Assembly (NCBI GenBank): GCA_049598495.1
Contig: JBMYNR010000004.1
Location: 1-64,000, forward strand
Direction: 5' to 3'
DNA: 64,000 nucleotides
Source: Opitutales bacterium
Lineage (GTDB): Bacteria; Verrucomicrobiota; Verrucomicrobiia; Opitutales; Coraliomargaritaceae
A program made the position numbers and the translations under genes. Numbering within the stretch: the stretch's first letter is position 1; every line of letters begins with the position of its first letter. Of this stretch, positions 35,341 to 45,933 are shown in pieces. Under the pieces are notes generated by a model. That model had not been told where the DNA came from, searched no databases, and saw only the letters and a program-made list of their open reading frames with translations.

Positions 35341-35784
35341 ATGCACCTTGTGACCCAAGCACTCTCCGGATTTCCTGAAGGTTTAAATGTCGTCAAGGTT
35401 GAGGTCGATCGCCACAAGCTATCTCGCCGTCGCTGGCGTGGCACAGCCAAGGATGGCAGCGATTTCGGTTTTGATGTAAACGAGGCGCTCAGTCATGGAG
35501 ATTGCATCCATGTAACGGATACAGAAATCTATGTGATTGAGCAGCAGGCGGAGGATTGCTTTCTCGTGCCGATCAAGGAGGCGAAGAAAGCAGCTTGGGT
35601 TGGCTGGATGATCGGCAATTTGCATTTTAAGGCAGCGTTTACTGAGGAGGGCGTCTTGGTGCAGGATGATCTCGCAGTGCAGCAGATGTTGGAGCGAGAA
35701 TATATTCATTATCATAGGGTGAAGCAGATCTTTCAACCGGCCAAGCAGGGTGGGCATTCACACGATCATCATCATTCACATTAG
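35341..35784 (+). CDS. ureE: urease accessory Ni chaperone
   Basis: RRRWRG, IGNLH, His-rich tail HSHDHHHSH. Confidence 0.9.
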   Translation: MHLVTQALSGFPEGLNVVKVEVDRHKLSRRRWRGTAKDGSDFGFDVNEALSHGDCIHVTDTEIYVIEQQAEDCFLVPIKEAKKAAWVGWMIGNLHFKAAFTEEGVLVQDDLAVQQMLEREYIHYHRVKQIFQPAKQGGHSHDHHHSH

Positions 35785-35787
35785 ATT

Positions 35788-36495
35788 ATGATGCCTTCTG
35801 AACAGACGGCAGACTGGGTGCCCGCGCTTTTGCAGTTATCGGATCCCTTGTTTCCCACAGGGGCCTATGCGCACTCTATGGGGTTGGAGCAGTGGGCAGA
35901 GACTTGCGGGTATCGGAACGCGGAGGACTTGATCGAGTTTTTCGAGAACCATGCAGGGCCTTCTCTGTTGCGCTTAGAGTTGCCCTATCTTCGATTTGCG
36001 ACGATCTTACTACGCACTGGCGAGATGGAGGCGCTCTTTGAGCTCGAATCTGAAATCGACGCGTGGAAGTGGGCCAGCGAGATTCGCGAGGCGAGTATCG
36101 CTCAGGGACGTGGACGCTTGCGCCTTCTAAAGAAGCTTTGGGACGGTTCCGAATATATCGATGCGTATTCTCAAGGATTTGCTACCGGACGAGTTCGTGG
36201 GCATCACCTAATTGTCAGTGCCTTACAGTTTCGGCGTTTATCCGTGCCGGACGAGGCGGCGTTGATGACTTACGGCTATCAGAACTTGGCCAACTACGTC
36301 TCAGCCTCAGTTAAGCTTTTGCGCATCAGCCCCGAGTCGGCTCAGCGAGCACTTCATGCTGGTCTGGAAATGTTGCCGACCTGGGTAGCTGAGTCTCAGT
36401 TAGTCGAGCGGGAAGATGCCGGTTGGTTTGCGCCTGCATTTGATATCGCCTGTGCGCGACACGCTTCGGCTTTCTCCCGTCTTTTTATTTCTTAG
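35788..36495 (+). CDS. ureF: urease accessory protein
   Basis: [21 protein letters not shown]-terminal SRLFIS. Confidence 0.93.
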   Translation: MMPSEQTADWVPALLQLSDPLFPTGAYAHSMGLEQWAETCGYRNAEDLIEFFENHAGPSLLRLELPYLRFATILLRTGEMEALFELESEIDAWKWASEIREASIAQGRGRLRLLKKLWDGSEYIDAYSQGFATGRVRGHHLIVSALQFRRLSVPDEAALMTYGYQNLANYVSASVKLLRISPESAQRALHAGLEMLPTWVAESQLVEREDAGWFAPAFDIACARHASAFSRLFIS

Positions 36496-36500
36496 ATTAT

Positions 36501-37136
36501 ATGACTGATACAAACACTTCTCGGCCCATTCGTGTCGGCATCGGAGGCCCCGTTGGTTCCGGTAAGACGATGTTGCTGCTCCGCTTGATCGAAGCTCTGC
36601 ACGAACGCTACTCACTCGTTGCCATCACGAATGATATTTATACCAAAGAGGACGAACAGTATCTCGTTAAAAACAGTCCGCTGGAAGGTAGCCGCATCCT
36701 CGGCGTCGAGACCGGTGGCTGCCCTCACACTGCGATCCGTGATGATACGAGCATGAACGAAGTTGCGATCGAGGACCTCACGATACGCCACCCCGACACG
36801 CAGGTAGTTTTGCTGGAGAGTGGTGGTGATAATTTGTCAGCGACCTACTCTCCAGACCTTGTGGATGCCTTTATTTATGTGATCGATGTTGCTGAAGGTG
36901 ACAAAATTCCACGCAAAGGGGGGCCGGCGATTCGTTTTTCAGACCTCATGATTATAAATAAGACAGAGCTCGCTCCTTATGTGGGTGCAGATCTTGAAGT
37001 GATGGACCGTGATTCCAAGAAGATGCGGGAGGAGCGACCTTATGTGTTTTGCGATCTGAAGAGTTATAAGGGCTTGGATGAAGTGATCGCATGGCTTGAG
37101 CAGGAATGCTTTTTCGCTGTCAAGAGCTCATGTTGA
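36501..37136 (+). CDS. ureG: urease accessory GTPase
   Basis: [35 protein letters not shown]. Confidence 0.97.
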   Translation: MTDTNTSRPIRVGIGGPVGSGKTMLLLRLIEALHERYSLVAITNDIYTKEDEQYLVKNSPLEGSRILGVETGGCPHTAIRDDTSMNEVAIEDLTIRHPDTQVVLLESGGDNLSATYSPDLVDAFIYVIDVAEGDKIPRKGGPAIRFSDLMIINKTELAPYVGADLEVMDRDSKKMREERPYVFCDLKSYKGLDEVIAWLEQECFFAVKSSC

Positions 37137-37990
37137 TTGAAGGGGTAGAAGCAGTATCCGGACGACCGGCCGTGCATGGTGGGGCTCGCTTACGCTATGA
37201 GTTGGCGCCGGGATTTGGTACGCGCTTGCAAGGACAGTGGGTGCGGCCACCCTTGCATTTGGCTAAAGCATACCACGAAGACGATTGGGCTGTTAGTATA
37301 ATGACAAGCCCGACGGCTGGCCTGCTGGATGGCGACTTGCTGGAAGTGGACGCGATTCTTACTGAAGGTGCGAAAGCTGCATTGATCAGCCCGGCCGCTT
37401 GTCGCGTGCATACGATGGCTCAAGGCTATGCTTCGGTCCAACAGTGCTATCGTGTCGAGTCTGGTGCTGTTCTGGATATATGGCCGGCACCGATGGTCTT
37501 GCAGAAGGATGCCGCTTTGCGGCAGAGTATATGCCTGCATGTGGCGGCCGATGCGACTGTCTTGTTTTGTGAGACGATCGCCCCGGGGCGTGCTGCCTAT
37601 GGCGAGCGCTTTGAATTCCGTGAATGGCGCTCGAAGCTTCGCATATACCGGGAAGAAAATCTACTTGCTTATGAAAACTTCAATTGCTCCCCGAAGAGAG
37701 GCGATCTTGCTGATTGGCGGGCTCTGTATCCGGAGGGTTCTTATGCTAGCTTCTATTACCTAACACGCGAGCCTTTGGGCGATTTGGTTCAAAAGTTGCA
37801 CGATTTGGAAACGCCGAAGGCAAGTATCGGTGCGAGTCCATTGCGTGAGGGGGGGCTTGGTATCAAAATTCTTGCTACGAATGGTGTGCAGTTGCGTAAG
37901 CTCGTCTTTCGAGTTCGAAATCTTCTGATTCCGCACTCGAAACAAGTATTCCCCCGCGCGCTGCAACGCGCTCAAACATTCTTTCATTAA
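37130..37990 (+). CDS. ureD: urease accessory protein
   Basis: [21 protein letters not shown]; last gene of the ure cluster. Confidence 0.88.
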   Translation: MLIEGVEAVSGRPAVHGGARLRYELAPGFGTRLQGQWVRPPLHLAKAYHEDDWAVSIMTSPTAGLLDGDLLEVDAILTEGAKAALISPAACRVHTMAQGYASVQQCYRVESGAVLDIWPAPMVLQKDAALRQSICLHVAADATVLFCETIAPGRAAYGERFEFREWRSKLRIYREENLLAYENFNCSPKRGDLADWRALYPEGSYASFYYLTREPLGDLVQKLHDLETPKASIGASPLREGGLGIKILATNGVQLRKLVFRVRNLLIPHSKQVFPRALQRAQTFFH

Positions 37991-38135
37991 ATCATACCCA
38001 TTCTACCCGGTTCAATTGAGTCCATGGGCATCGTTCTCATGGAAGGGGTATTTGGAGCATCTGCCCTAAGATGGACTTAGATCAGGTGTAGCTACGACAC
38101 TCCGCTACCGTGGCTGCCTGCACGAGCGCCTCAAT

Positions 38136-38198
38136 AGATACGTCTTCGCTCTGAGAGCTACGCCGAGACATGGTGAGGCGACTATACATCACTAGTCA
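38136..38198 (-). repeat. repeat family G, inverted relative to 24139-24198
   Basis: CGTCTTCGCTCTGAGAGCTACGCCGAGACATGGTGAGG. Confidence 0.8.
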
Positions 38199-38216
38199 AA
38201 CGAAGCGTGGGACGCT

Positions 38217-39128
38217 CTAACTCTTTGGCAGGAAAAAGCCACGTTGTTTTTTGCTGATTTCAAGCCCGCATTTTTGCATCACTTCCATCATGTCTTCCCA
38301 GACCATACGCTTGGTCTTCATCGTGCCATTGCGAAGCAAGTAAGACGGATGAAATGTAATCATCAGGGGGATCTCTGCAAAGCTGGCCCATGTGCCCCTT
38401 ACGTTCCCCATCTTCCGCGTTGGATCGGGGCCGAGCAGGCCGGTGACAGCCGTGTTCCCTAGGGCGACAATAATTTTCGGTCGAATGATTTCAATTTGTG
38501 CTTTGAGGTAGGGTAAGCAGTAACGCATCTCTTCGACGGTCGGGGGGCGATTGCCGTAGGGCTTGTCGTGCTCAGGCCTCCATTTGAGAATATTGGCGAT
38601 ATAGACTGTTTCGCGGCCGAGTCCCATCGCGTTGATGATTTTGTCTAATAATTGTCCTGCATTCCCCACAAAAGGTTCTCCTGCCAATTCTTCGTCAGCC
38701 CCCGGTGCTTCCCCGCAAAAGAAGATATCGGCGGTGGTGCTTCCCGTGCCGAAGACGACCTTGCCTTTTTCGCTCAAATGCTCGTTGCAGACAGGGCAGG
38801 CGAGCACCTGTTCGCGCAGCCAGCCCAGTTGTTCTTCCGCAGAACCTTCGGGTAACTCCACTGTGGGGGCCGTTTCCGGGATGGGGGCAAATTCAGAAGC
38901 GGGCTGAGGTTTGGCCTTTGATGTCGGCGCTTTTATCGACTGGTTTTGGATCAGTGCCTTAAGATCGCCATGGTCGGCTGGTGTAGCTTTCGGTTCTGCC
39001 TTTCCTTCAGCGCTGTCCTCCTGAGGGGTGAGCAGGCGCATCGTCGAATCTTCGACGAAAACCCGGTTGACTCCATCTCGCTGCAAACGGCGTAGCTCGC
39101 TGGCAATTGCTTCAAGGGCTTCGGACAT
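38217..39128 (-). CDS. family 4 uracil-DNA glycosylase
   Basis: CPVC, GEAPG, EPFVGNAG, NILKWRP, TFHPSYLLR. Confidence 0.92.
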   Translation of the reverse strand: MSEALEAIASELRRLQRDGVNRVFVEDSTMRLLTPQEDSAEGKAEPKATPADHGDLKALIQNQSIKAPTSKAKPQPASEFAPIPETAPTVELPEGSAEEQLGWLREQVLACPVCNEHLSEKGKVVFGTGSTTADIFFCGEAPGADEELAGEPFVGNAGQLLDKIINAMGLGRETVYIANILKWRPEHDKPYGNRPPTVEEMRYCLPYLKAQIEIIRPKIIVALGNTAVTGLLGPDPTRKMGNVRGTWASFAEIPLMITFHPSYLLRNGTMKTKRMVWEDMMEVMQKCGLEISKKQRGFFLPKS

Positions 39129-39170
39129 AGTCCGAGAGTTGTTGAAGCTGCCTTGCGCGTCGAGTCACTT

Positions 39171-39698
39171 TTAACGATTCATGAAGAAAACGCAGCTTCG
39201 GGGAATCACTGATAGAAAAAGAATGGCTGCGCCGAAAATAAGAAAGACCGTGCTTGGGCCAGCGAGAAAGAGGATCACCATAGCGATCACCCAGCCTAAA
39301 AAAACGGTTTTGTGATATGTGGCTGCTTTGTGTGGAGGGCCTGATACTTGACTTGCTCCGAAGAATAGAGCGGCGATCGACAGCCTCAGGTGACTGTTGT
39401 CGATGCTTCCGATCAGGGCCCAGAGAATAAAAATTGCGGCGACTGCCTTTGCCGCGAAATAGGGGAGGTGTGTATACAGGGAAGCACCCCGATGACCATC
39501 GTTCCAATGAAGACCTCCGTAAACGAGGGTGGCCACTGATGCCATGATGATCGAGAGACCCCATACGTAGGTCAGACTGTTGATGGGTGCTTGATATTTC
39601 CGCACCAGATACTCGAGCACAAAGCACTTGGTGAACAGGAGGCCCCATAGAATATAGATGAGCTTTAAGCGACGCTCGGTTTTGGACTGTGGACTCAT
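39171..39698 (-). CDS. hypothetical membrane protein
   Basis: About 6 hydrophobic segments; start uncertain. Confidence 0.6.
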   Translation of the reverse strand: MSPQSKTERRLKLIYILWGLLFTKCFVLEYLVRKYQAPINSLTYVWGLSIIMASVATLVYGGLHWNDGHRGASLYTHLPYFAAKAVAAIFILWALIGSIDNSHLRLSIAALFFGASQVSGPPHKAATYHKTVFLGWVIAMVILFLAGPSTVFLIFGAAILFLSVIPRSCVFFMNR

Positions 39699-40037
39699 TT
39701 TGAATAGGTATGGATCGTTCGCACCCTGTGTCGTTTGTGGGAATGATTTTAGGTAAACATCTGTCACCAAGTAAGTTTTTGGCGGCAAGAGATGTGCCTT
39801 GGGTGGAAGACGAATCTTTAATCGATCTCAAAACTTAATAGATTGCTGAATTAGGTCAAATTGAGTTGTGTCTTGATAGCGTGAGGAAGTTACACGCTGT
39901 CGACTGAGAAGGATCTACCGGTTCCCGAAGGGCAAAATATAGCGGTGCACACTGGCACACATAGACAGCTCTTGAATGAGAGATCGGCAAATGGATTAGG
40001 ATTGCCGGGTGCGGCTGTCTGGATTGAGTTGCGAAGC

Positions 40038-40250
40038 ATGAAGAACGATCAAATTCGTGCCGACTTGGAACGTATCGTGGCCAGGCGCGCTCTACGAGGG
40101 GGAGAGACTCTCTCAGAAGTATTGGGGCGCCTCGACGGCCATGCGGCTTCGGGCGAACTCCCCGGGCGGCTTGAGCACTATCTTCAGAAGAGAAGCTACC
40201 AGAAGGCACTTGCTTGGTTGGATGAACCGGAGGCACCTCATCATCCATGA
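40038..40250 (+). CDS. small hypothetical protein
   Basis: LEHYLQKRSYQKALAWL; stop overlaps the next start (ATGA). Confidence 0.65.
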   Translation: MKNDQIRADLERIVARRALRGGETLSEVLGRLDGHAASGELPGRLEHYLQKRSYQKALAWLDEPEAPHHP

Positions 40251-40642
40251 GTCGGCGCAACCAGAAGAAGATCGCCACGGATGGGGCATCCGGAGCATTG
40301 AGTGGCAACCCGTTTGCCGCTCTCGATGGTTCCGGGTTGCCGCAAGGCAAGGTCCTACCGATCAAGTCCAAGGAATCGAAATCGCCCGGCAAGTCGAAGG
40401 GTCGAGTTGAGGTGCGTCGGGAAAAGTCTGGGCGCGGGGGGAAGACGGTCACGACGCTGCGGGAGTTTCCCTCTCACATTCCTTTGTCGACGCTTGAGGC
40501 CATGGCCTTCGAACTCAAAAAAATCTGCGCATGTGGCGGCTCGCTCAAGGGGCGGGTCGTCGAATTACAGGGTGATGTCCGTGACCGCGTCTGTGAGGAG
40601 CTCAATAGCAGAGGCTACCATGCGGTTCGTGCCGGTGGCTAG
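40247..40642 (+). CDS. yciH: SUI1/YciH family translation factor
   Basis: RREKSGRGGKTVT, LKKICACGGS, ELQGD, RAGG. Confidence 0.9.
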   Translation: MSRRNQKKIATDGASGALSGNPFAALDGSGLPQGKVLPIKSKESKSPGKSKGRVEVRREKSGRGGKTVTTLREFPSHIPLSTLEAMAFELKKICACGGSLKGRVVELQGDVRDRVCEELNSRGYHAVRAGG

Positions 40643-40728
40643 GAAATGTCTGTGGATCTGAGCGTTTCACAGTTAATTATACATAGGGCTGTCGGACTTA
40701 ATACGGTTTCGATAAAGGGTCTGTCCTT

Positions 40729-40939
40729 ATTTTAGGTCGTGCGCGCTCGCCGCTTCGAGCTGGCGACAAGACCGATCCGAAGGAATCGGACCACGCGTCG
40801 TTCGGCGATCGATATCGTAGGTCTGTATGATGTGGATTGGCCGATATCACCAACTGGCGAATGACGGTTGTTCCGGTCCACATCACGCTCGGCCGTGTCG
40901 TCCCGCTTAGCGGGATACTGAACGGCGAAACCGCCTTAC
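40729..40939. repeat. family E repeat
   Basis: TTTTAGGTCG...AGCTGGCGACAAGACCGATCCGAAGGAATCGGACCACGC is close to the reverse complement of 58685-58752. Confidence 0.75.
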
Positions 40940-41101
40940 TAGGAGAAACCTTCGTTCATGTGGTATGACAATTCAACAACTATGAACCACTCAACTGCCT
41001 GCGGGACTTCCCGAGTCCGATACGCCCATGTTGTTTTGAGTTTCTATCGATTCTTACTCGGCTTGTTGGATCGCCACCAAGTTGACGGTATACTCTGACG
41101 T

Positions 41102-43441
41102 TTAGGGCAACTGCCCCTCCAGCCAATTAGCCAGATCCGCCTCAGTATCGATGCGAACAGAGCTCCTATATTCCGGCGCCAGTTCCTCGAAATAGGCGTT
41201 GTCAGCGAATCGCTCGCCGTGGAGGAGCACCTTTGCCCGATGGCCAGGCGCTCGAACAATTCGTCCAAGTGCTTGATGGACTTTTCGCATCGCAGGACGG
41301 ATATAAACATCTCGAAACGCGGCTTGCCGAGAACTGCCATGATGTTGCTCCAGCTTTGTCTCTTGAATCAGATTCACTTCTGGAAGTGCAGGCCCGACGA
41401 TCATGATGTTCTCGATACGTCCCCCCATTTGGTCGATGCCCTCGGCGTAGCTACTACCTAGAATAAGAAAGATTGCGTCGGCTATGAGTAGGCTCTCCTC
41501 GATAAACTGGCTTTGTTCGCCATAGTCGGCTCCACGGGTTTGGATGCGGATACGCATCTCCGGGTGTATTGCCTCTAGATAAGTAAGTACGTTTTGTGCA
41601 TACTGGTAGGAGCTAAAAAAAATTGCAACAGGGACCCCGGGACTCGAATGGATACAGGCGGCGACCGTCTGAGCGGTGGTCTCATAGTAGTCTTCGCGTT
41701 TATGGTAACGCGTGTCGACTCTTCGATCAATGGCGACGTCGTAGGCATCTGCGCGCCAGCTAGCTTGGCCAAATGCGTGGGTCGACATTTCGGAACGGAG
41801 TCCGCAACTAGCTTCGAAGGCGTCTAGGGGCTCCAATGTGGCCGACATCAAAATCGTGCTGCTGAAGGGCTCAATGCATTGTTGAATCCAATCACTGGCA
41901 TCGAGACAAGTCGCATGGAGACATCCGTTTTTCGCTTTCCAGTTAAGATATTCGTCTCGAGGAGCCGCCAGCGATGTGGCCATTCGGGGAATACTCCAGG
42001 CCAGTTCAACGGCGAAGGGGGCGATCGAGTCGTAGTCAAAGCTGGCCTCGGTCAGTTGCTTGCTGAAGTCTTCGCAGAGATCCTGTCCGTTGTAGAGGGC
42101 GCTTAGGCTGAGTCCCTGTCCAATGGGTAGGGCGTCTATCCAGCGACAGAGTTCATTGCCTATCGAAAGCAGGCGTCGCGGAGCGCCGTGGCTTCGCAAC
42201 TCTTCGATGGCAAAGAGTAAATCGGCGCTGGCCAGAGAGATACTTAGGTTCGCGGCCGTTCGCTCTGGTAAATTGTGTGCTTCGTCAATGACAAGAAGGG
42301 TGCGCTCGGGATGATACCCTGGTGCATGGTCGAACACGCCTCTGCTTTCAGGTGAAAATATATAATTGCTATCGCCGACCCAGATCTCGGCAAAGGGGAG
42401 GCAGGCTTTCGTGATGGCGTAGGGACAGATTCCTGTGTCGCTTCCTAAGGTGCGGGCCTGTTGCGTTGTTACGGTTCCATTCTTAAACAAATCCGGTGGA
42501 TGAATATCGGCTTCTCTCCAGTGTTGGACGATGTCCGTGTTGCATCGAATATCACCCGTGCAACTGTGTCTTGGGGAGTCGATACGATGCTCCGTTCGGT
42601 TGCGCATTTGAAGGAAGTGGATTTGCTCCCCAATCATCCCCTTAAGCTGGCGAATCGTTTCAAGCTGTCCCGTTGATTGACTGCTGAGATAGATGCATCG
42701 CTCGTAGAGTCCGTCCTGCATATGTTTGAGTGCATGCTCCAATACAATGCCGGTCTTTCCGAATCCGGTGGGTGCTTGGAGGAGTACGACTTTAGACTTC
42801 AGAGCAGCCTCATGAAGACTCGAAAAGAGTTCTGCCTGGCCGGGGCGCAGTGTTTCGAAAGCATTGCGGATATCGGCCTTCTTGAGCCGTAGGCGACTCT
42901 CTCTTCGCTCCTCGAGGAAGGGGATCAATGAATCGAGCCGATCGATGAACAGTTGAAGATCCTTGGTTTCGAGGCGGACCGACTGCCGTGCTCCGTTTTC
43001 GATATTAATAAAAAGCAGTTCGGATTCGATCGAATGTTCCTGATAGTCCGGAAGCATCTTGAGGAGAGCGTGGTAAATACTCGTTTGGGCGAAGTGGTCG
43101 GGGTAGGCTTGAAGTAAGCTCTCTCTCGCAGCGGGCAGGTGGCTGCGGATGGTTTTGATTTCGCGGATTAGAAAACCCGTATCTAGGGGAATCAACTGGT
43201 CGATACGTCCAAGTAATTGAAACTCCCAGTCACGGTGCCGCCATGTGGCCTCTACGCTCTGCTCGAACCGCGCCTCGGTGTTTTCCTTACGTGTTTCGAC
43301 CTCGGCACATCGATGCCATTCCTGTCCAATGGCGGCTCTCCAGGCATTGCGGCCATGACCTTGTTCTAGAGCCTGGTTCCGGAAGACTGCCAACTCTCGC
43401 ACGCTGAGACGTACGCTTCGCTGCAAGGGGTCAATTTGCAT
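41102..43441 (-). CDS. DinG/XPD (Rad3) family helicase with N-terminal PD-(D/E)XK nuclease-like domain
   Basis: GRIDQL...IREIKT, Q motif RPGQ, APTGFGKT, VIDEAHN, MSATL, FFSSY, QALGRIVR. Confidence 0.88.
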   Translation of the reverse strand: MQIDPLQRSVRLSVRELAVFRNQALEQGHGRNAWRAAIGQEWHRCAEVETRKENTEARFEQSVEATWRHRDWEFQLLGRIDQLIPLDTGFLIREIKTIRSHLPAARESLLQAYPDHFAQTSIYHALLKMLPDYQEHSIESELLFINIENGARQSVRLETKDLQLFIDRLDSLIPFLEERRESRLRLKKADIRNAFETLRPGQAELFSSLHEAALKSKVVLLQAPTGFGKTGIVLEHALKHMQDGLYERCIYLSSQSTGQLETIRQLKGMIGEQIHFLQMRNRTEHRIDSPRHSCTGDIRCNTDIVQHWREADIHPPDLFKNGTVTTQQARTLGSDTGICPYAITKACLPFAEIWVGDSNYIFSPESRGVFDHAPGYHPERTLLVIDEAHNLPERTAANLSISLASADLLFAIEELRSHGAPRRLLSIGNELCRWIDALPIGQGLSLSALYNGQDLCEDFSKQLTEASFDYDSIAPFAVELAWSIPRMATSLAAPRDEYLNWKAKNGCLHATCLDASDWIQQCIEPFSSTILMSATLEPLDAFEASCGLRSEMSTHAFGQASWRADAYDVAIDRRVDTRYHKREDYYETTAQTVAACIHSSPGVPVAIFFSSYQYAQNVLTYLEAIHPEMRIRIQTRGADYGEQSQFIEESLLIADAIFLILGSSYAEGIDQMGGRIENIMIVGPALPEVNLIQETKLEQHHGSSRQAAFRDVYIRPAMRKVHQALGRIVRAPGHRAKVLLHGERFADNAYFEELAPEYRSSVRIDTEADLANWLEGQLP

Positions 43442-43745
43442 CGATCAGTCGCTCACGCTCCGTCGCAGAGTCGCTACCTGTGAATGCGGACTTAAAAACT
43501 GGAGTGCGTTCAAGTTTTGATGGCTGTAGATGTTCTCGATGAATCGAGTGTGTGTTCGGGGAGATTTCTTTGCTCGCGGCGCCGTGGTCGGTTCGACCCC
43601 GCCCTGAGTTCTTGCTGAATGTGCGTTTGGAGGGGATGCTGCAATCAGCACAAGGGTGAGTCGGGGCGGGAACTTTATCGTTTTCATCTCGAGGCGAAAT
43701 GTATTGTCTCGCTCTTTTAGTAAATCACAACCTGTTTTCACTCCT

Positions 43746-44681
43746 ATGCGAATACTCATTACCGGAGGTGCCGGTTTTCTCGGTAGTCATTTGTCCACTC
43801 GTCTTCTCAACGAGGGGCATGAGGTCATCTGTCTGGATAATTTCTTTACTGGGCGTAAGAGCAATATTTTGCCGCTTATTGACCACCCCAATTTTGAGCT
43901 TCTCAGGCACGATGTGATCGACCCTTTTAAGGCGGAGGTCGACCAAATCTACAACCTGGCCTGTCCCGCATCTCCAATTCACTACCAGTATAATGCGATC
44001 AAGACGATCAAGACTTCGGTCATGGGGGCGATCAACTGCCTAGGCTTGGCCAAGCGTCTGAATGCACGCGTCTTCCAGGCGTCCACTTCTGAAATCTATG
44101 GAGATCCCTCGGTTCACCCTCAGTCCGAATCCTACTGGGGCAATGTCAATCCGATCGGGATTCGTTCCTGTTATGACGAGGGCAAGCGCTGCGCGGAGAC
44201 CCTTTTCATGGATTATCATCGTCAGAATGCCGTTGATATACGGATTGTTCGTATTTTTAACACCTATGGGCCGAATATGTGCCCAAATGACGGGCGGGTG
44301 GTCTCCAATTTTATTGTTCAAGCCCTTCAGGGAAAAGACATTACTGTCTATGGCCAAGGCCAGCAAACCCGTTCGTTTTGCTATTGCGATGATCTTATCG
44401 AGGGCTTCATCCGTCTGATGAACCAGGAAGTAACCATCGGACCAATGAACATCGGTAATCCTAGTGAATTTACCATACTCGAGCTGGCTCAGAAGGTGAT
44501 CGATCTTACCGGGAGTGCGTCAAAAATAGTCTATGAACCCTTGCCGTCGGATGACCCCAAGCAGCGGCAACCGGATATTAAACAGGCGAAGAAGATACTC
44601 CAATGGGAGCCGAAAGTCAGCCTTGATGAGGGGCTTAAGCCGACAATCGAGTATTTCGATAAGCTGCTGGCCGAAGGCTAG
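43746..44681 (+). CDS. UDP-glucuronate decarboxylase (UDP-xylose synthase) family
   Basis: [49 protein letters not shown]. Confidence 0.93.
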   Translation: MRILITGGAGFLGSHLSTRLLNEGHEVICLDNFFTGRKSNILPLIDHPNFELLRHDVIDPFKAEVDQIYNLACPASPIHYQYNAIKTIKTSVMGAINCLGLAKRLNARVFQASTSEIYGDPSVHPQSESYWGNVNPIGIRSCYDEGKRCAETLFMDYHRQNAVDIRIVRIFNTYGPNMCPNDGRVVSNFIVQALQGKDITVYGQGQQTRSFCYCDDLIEGFIRLMNQEVTIGPMNIGNPSEFTILELAQKVIDLTGSASKIVYEPLPSDDPKQRQPDIKQAKKILQWEPKVSLDEGLKPTIEYFDKLLAEG

Positions 44682-44776
44682 GCCGTGTCTGGAAATTACC
44701 GCAAAAAAGGTTTGCCACAGGGGTGTAAGGACCTAATTTCCGCTCCTTTTTCCAAAATCACCAACCAATTGCAGCC

Positions 44777-44947
44777 ATGCCCAGAGAGCACATCATTTTA
44801 GAATGCACCGAAGCCCGCGCCGAAGGTAAGCCCGTCTCCCGCTACATGTCCACACGCGACAAGAAAAAGCAGCCGGACCGTGTTGAGAAGAAGAAGTATA
44901 ACAAGTTTCTTCGCCGCCACACTTTGCACCGCGAGATCAAGAACTAA
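44777..44947 (+). CDS. rpmG: 50S ribosomal protein L33 (missing from the ORF track, 56 aa)
   Basis: [56 protein letters not shown]. Confidence 0.95.
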   Translation: MPREHIILECTEARAEGKPVSRYMSTRDKKKQPDRVEKKKYNKFLRRHTLHREIKN

Positions 44948-44970
44948 TTCCTAGGCTTTGGCTTTTTACG

Positions 44971-44997
44971 AAAACCCGCTCAACGGCGGGTTTTTTT
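44971..44997 (+). terminator. intrinsic terminator after rpmG
   Basis: AAAACCCGC-TCAACG-GCGGGTTTTTTT. Confidence 0.9.
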
Positions 44998-45084
44998 GTG
45001 GCCTGTCAGAAGCTGAAATTGCCCGGACGAATGACGATTTCATTTGTCAATCACGGCGCAATCTGGAGTCTGCAGGAACAACTT

Positions 45085-45555
45085 ATGGATAAAGCCGAGT
45101 TCTTTCACCGTCTATTGGCTACACTTCGAGAGGAGGTGCGTCACGCCGTCGATGCCTCCAGGGACGCGGCCGAGTATGCGACCAATGAGGAGTCCCGAGC
45201 AGAATCGCAATGGGACACACAGGGTTTGGAGGCCTCCTATCTCGCCGCGGGACAGGCGGAACAGGCGAGACAGTGGGCGGATGCCATTGAGGAGCTCCAG
45301 TCGGAGCGGGAAGACCTCCTCAAACCTCGAGAGGAGGTTTCACTGGGTGCACTCTTCAGCTGTGATTTCGGCGACTCGACCGAGCATTTCTTTTTCGCTG
45401 GCACCGCGGGTGGCCAGATCATCCGCATGGAAAATCATGGGGTAACGGTCATAACCGCGCAGTCACCGCTCGCGAGCCGTGTGATTGGGCGTAAAGCCGG
45501 TGATGCTTTTGAGTTGCCGAATGGTTCGATCGGGCAGGTCTTGACGGTGGAGTGA
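45085..45555 (+). CDS. GreA/GreB-like protein
   Basis: AESQWDTQGLEASYLAAGQA coiled-coil tip, VITAQSPL...GRKAGD C-terminal domain. Confidence 0.8.
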   Translation: MDKAEFFHRLLATLREEVRHAVDASRDAAEYATNEESRAESQWDTQGLEASYLAAGQAEQARQWADAIEELQSEREDLLKPREEVSLGALFSCDFGDSTEHFFFAGTAGGQIIRMENHGVTVITAQSPLASRVIGRKAGDAFELPNGSIGQVLTVE

Positions 45556-45577
45556 TTCTTTATCCGGTTAGAATGGT

Positions 45578-45931
45578 ATGAAGGTTTACACGTATAAAAG
45601 CTGCGGTAGCTGCAAGAAGGCAATAAAGTGGCTACAATCCAAAGGTGTGTCTTTTGAAGAGGTGCCGATCCGTGAGACACCACCTACAGAAGAAGAGTTG
45701 CGCCGGATGCTCGACTACCAGAATGGTGAGATTCGTAAGCTCTTCAATACGGCTGGCAGCGATTATCGTGAACTACAACTGAAGGATCAGCTTGCAAACA
45801 TGTCTGCATCGGAGGCAATTGCCCTGCTCGCATCGCGGGGCAACCTAGTAAAACGCCCTTTCTTACTGGGAAGTAGCTATGGGCTGGTCGGATTTAAAGA
45901 GGAGCTATGGGAGGCTGCCGGTATCTGCTAA
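45578..45931 (+). CDS. ArsC/Spx/YffB family protein
   Basis: SCGSCKKA..WL, LFNT.G, LVKRPF, VGF. Confidence 0.9.
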   Translation: MKVYTYKSCGSCKKAIKWLQSKGVSFEEVPIRETPPTEEELRRMLDYQNGEIRKLFNTAGSDYRELQLKDQLANMSASEAIALLASRGNLVKRPFLLGSSYGLVGFKEELWEAAGIC

Positions 45932-45933
45932 TT

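Noticed and set aside
38217..39128. Prophage gene (family sometimes annotated as phage SPO1 polymerase-related)
   Set aside because: An ordinary family 4 uracil-DNA glycosylase with no phage genes nearby.
40650..40690. DnaA-box cluster (TGTGGATCT, TTATACATA)
   Set aside because: Only mismatched boxes, no AT-rich unwinding region, and far from the skew switch.
43575..43615. tRNA (GGTTCGACCCC resembles a T-loop)
   Set aside because: No acceptor stem, D arm or anticodon arm can be built; it lies within a degenerate inverted repeat.
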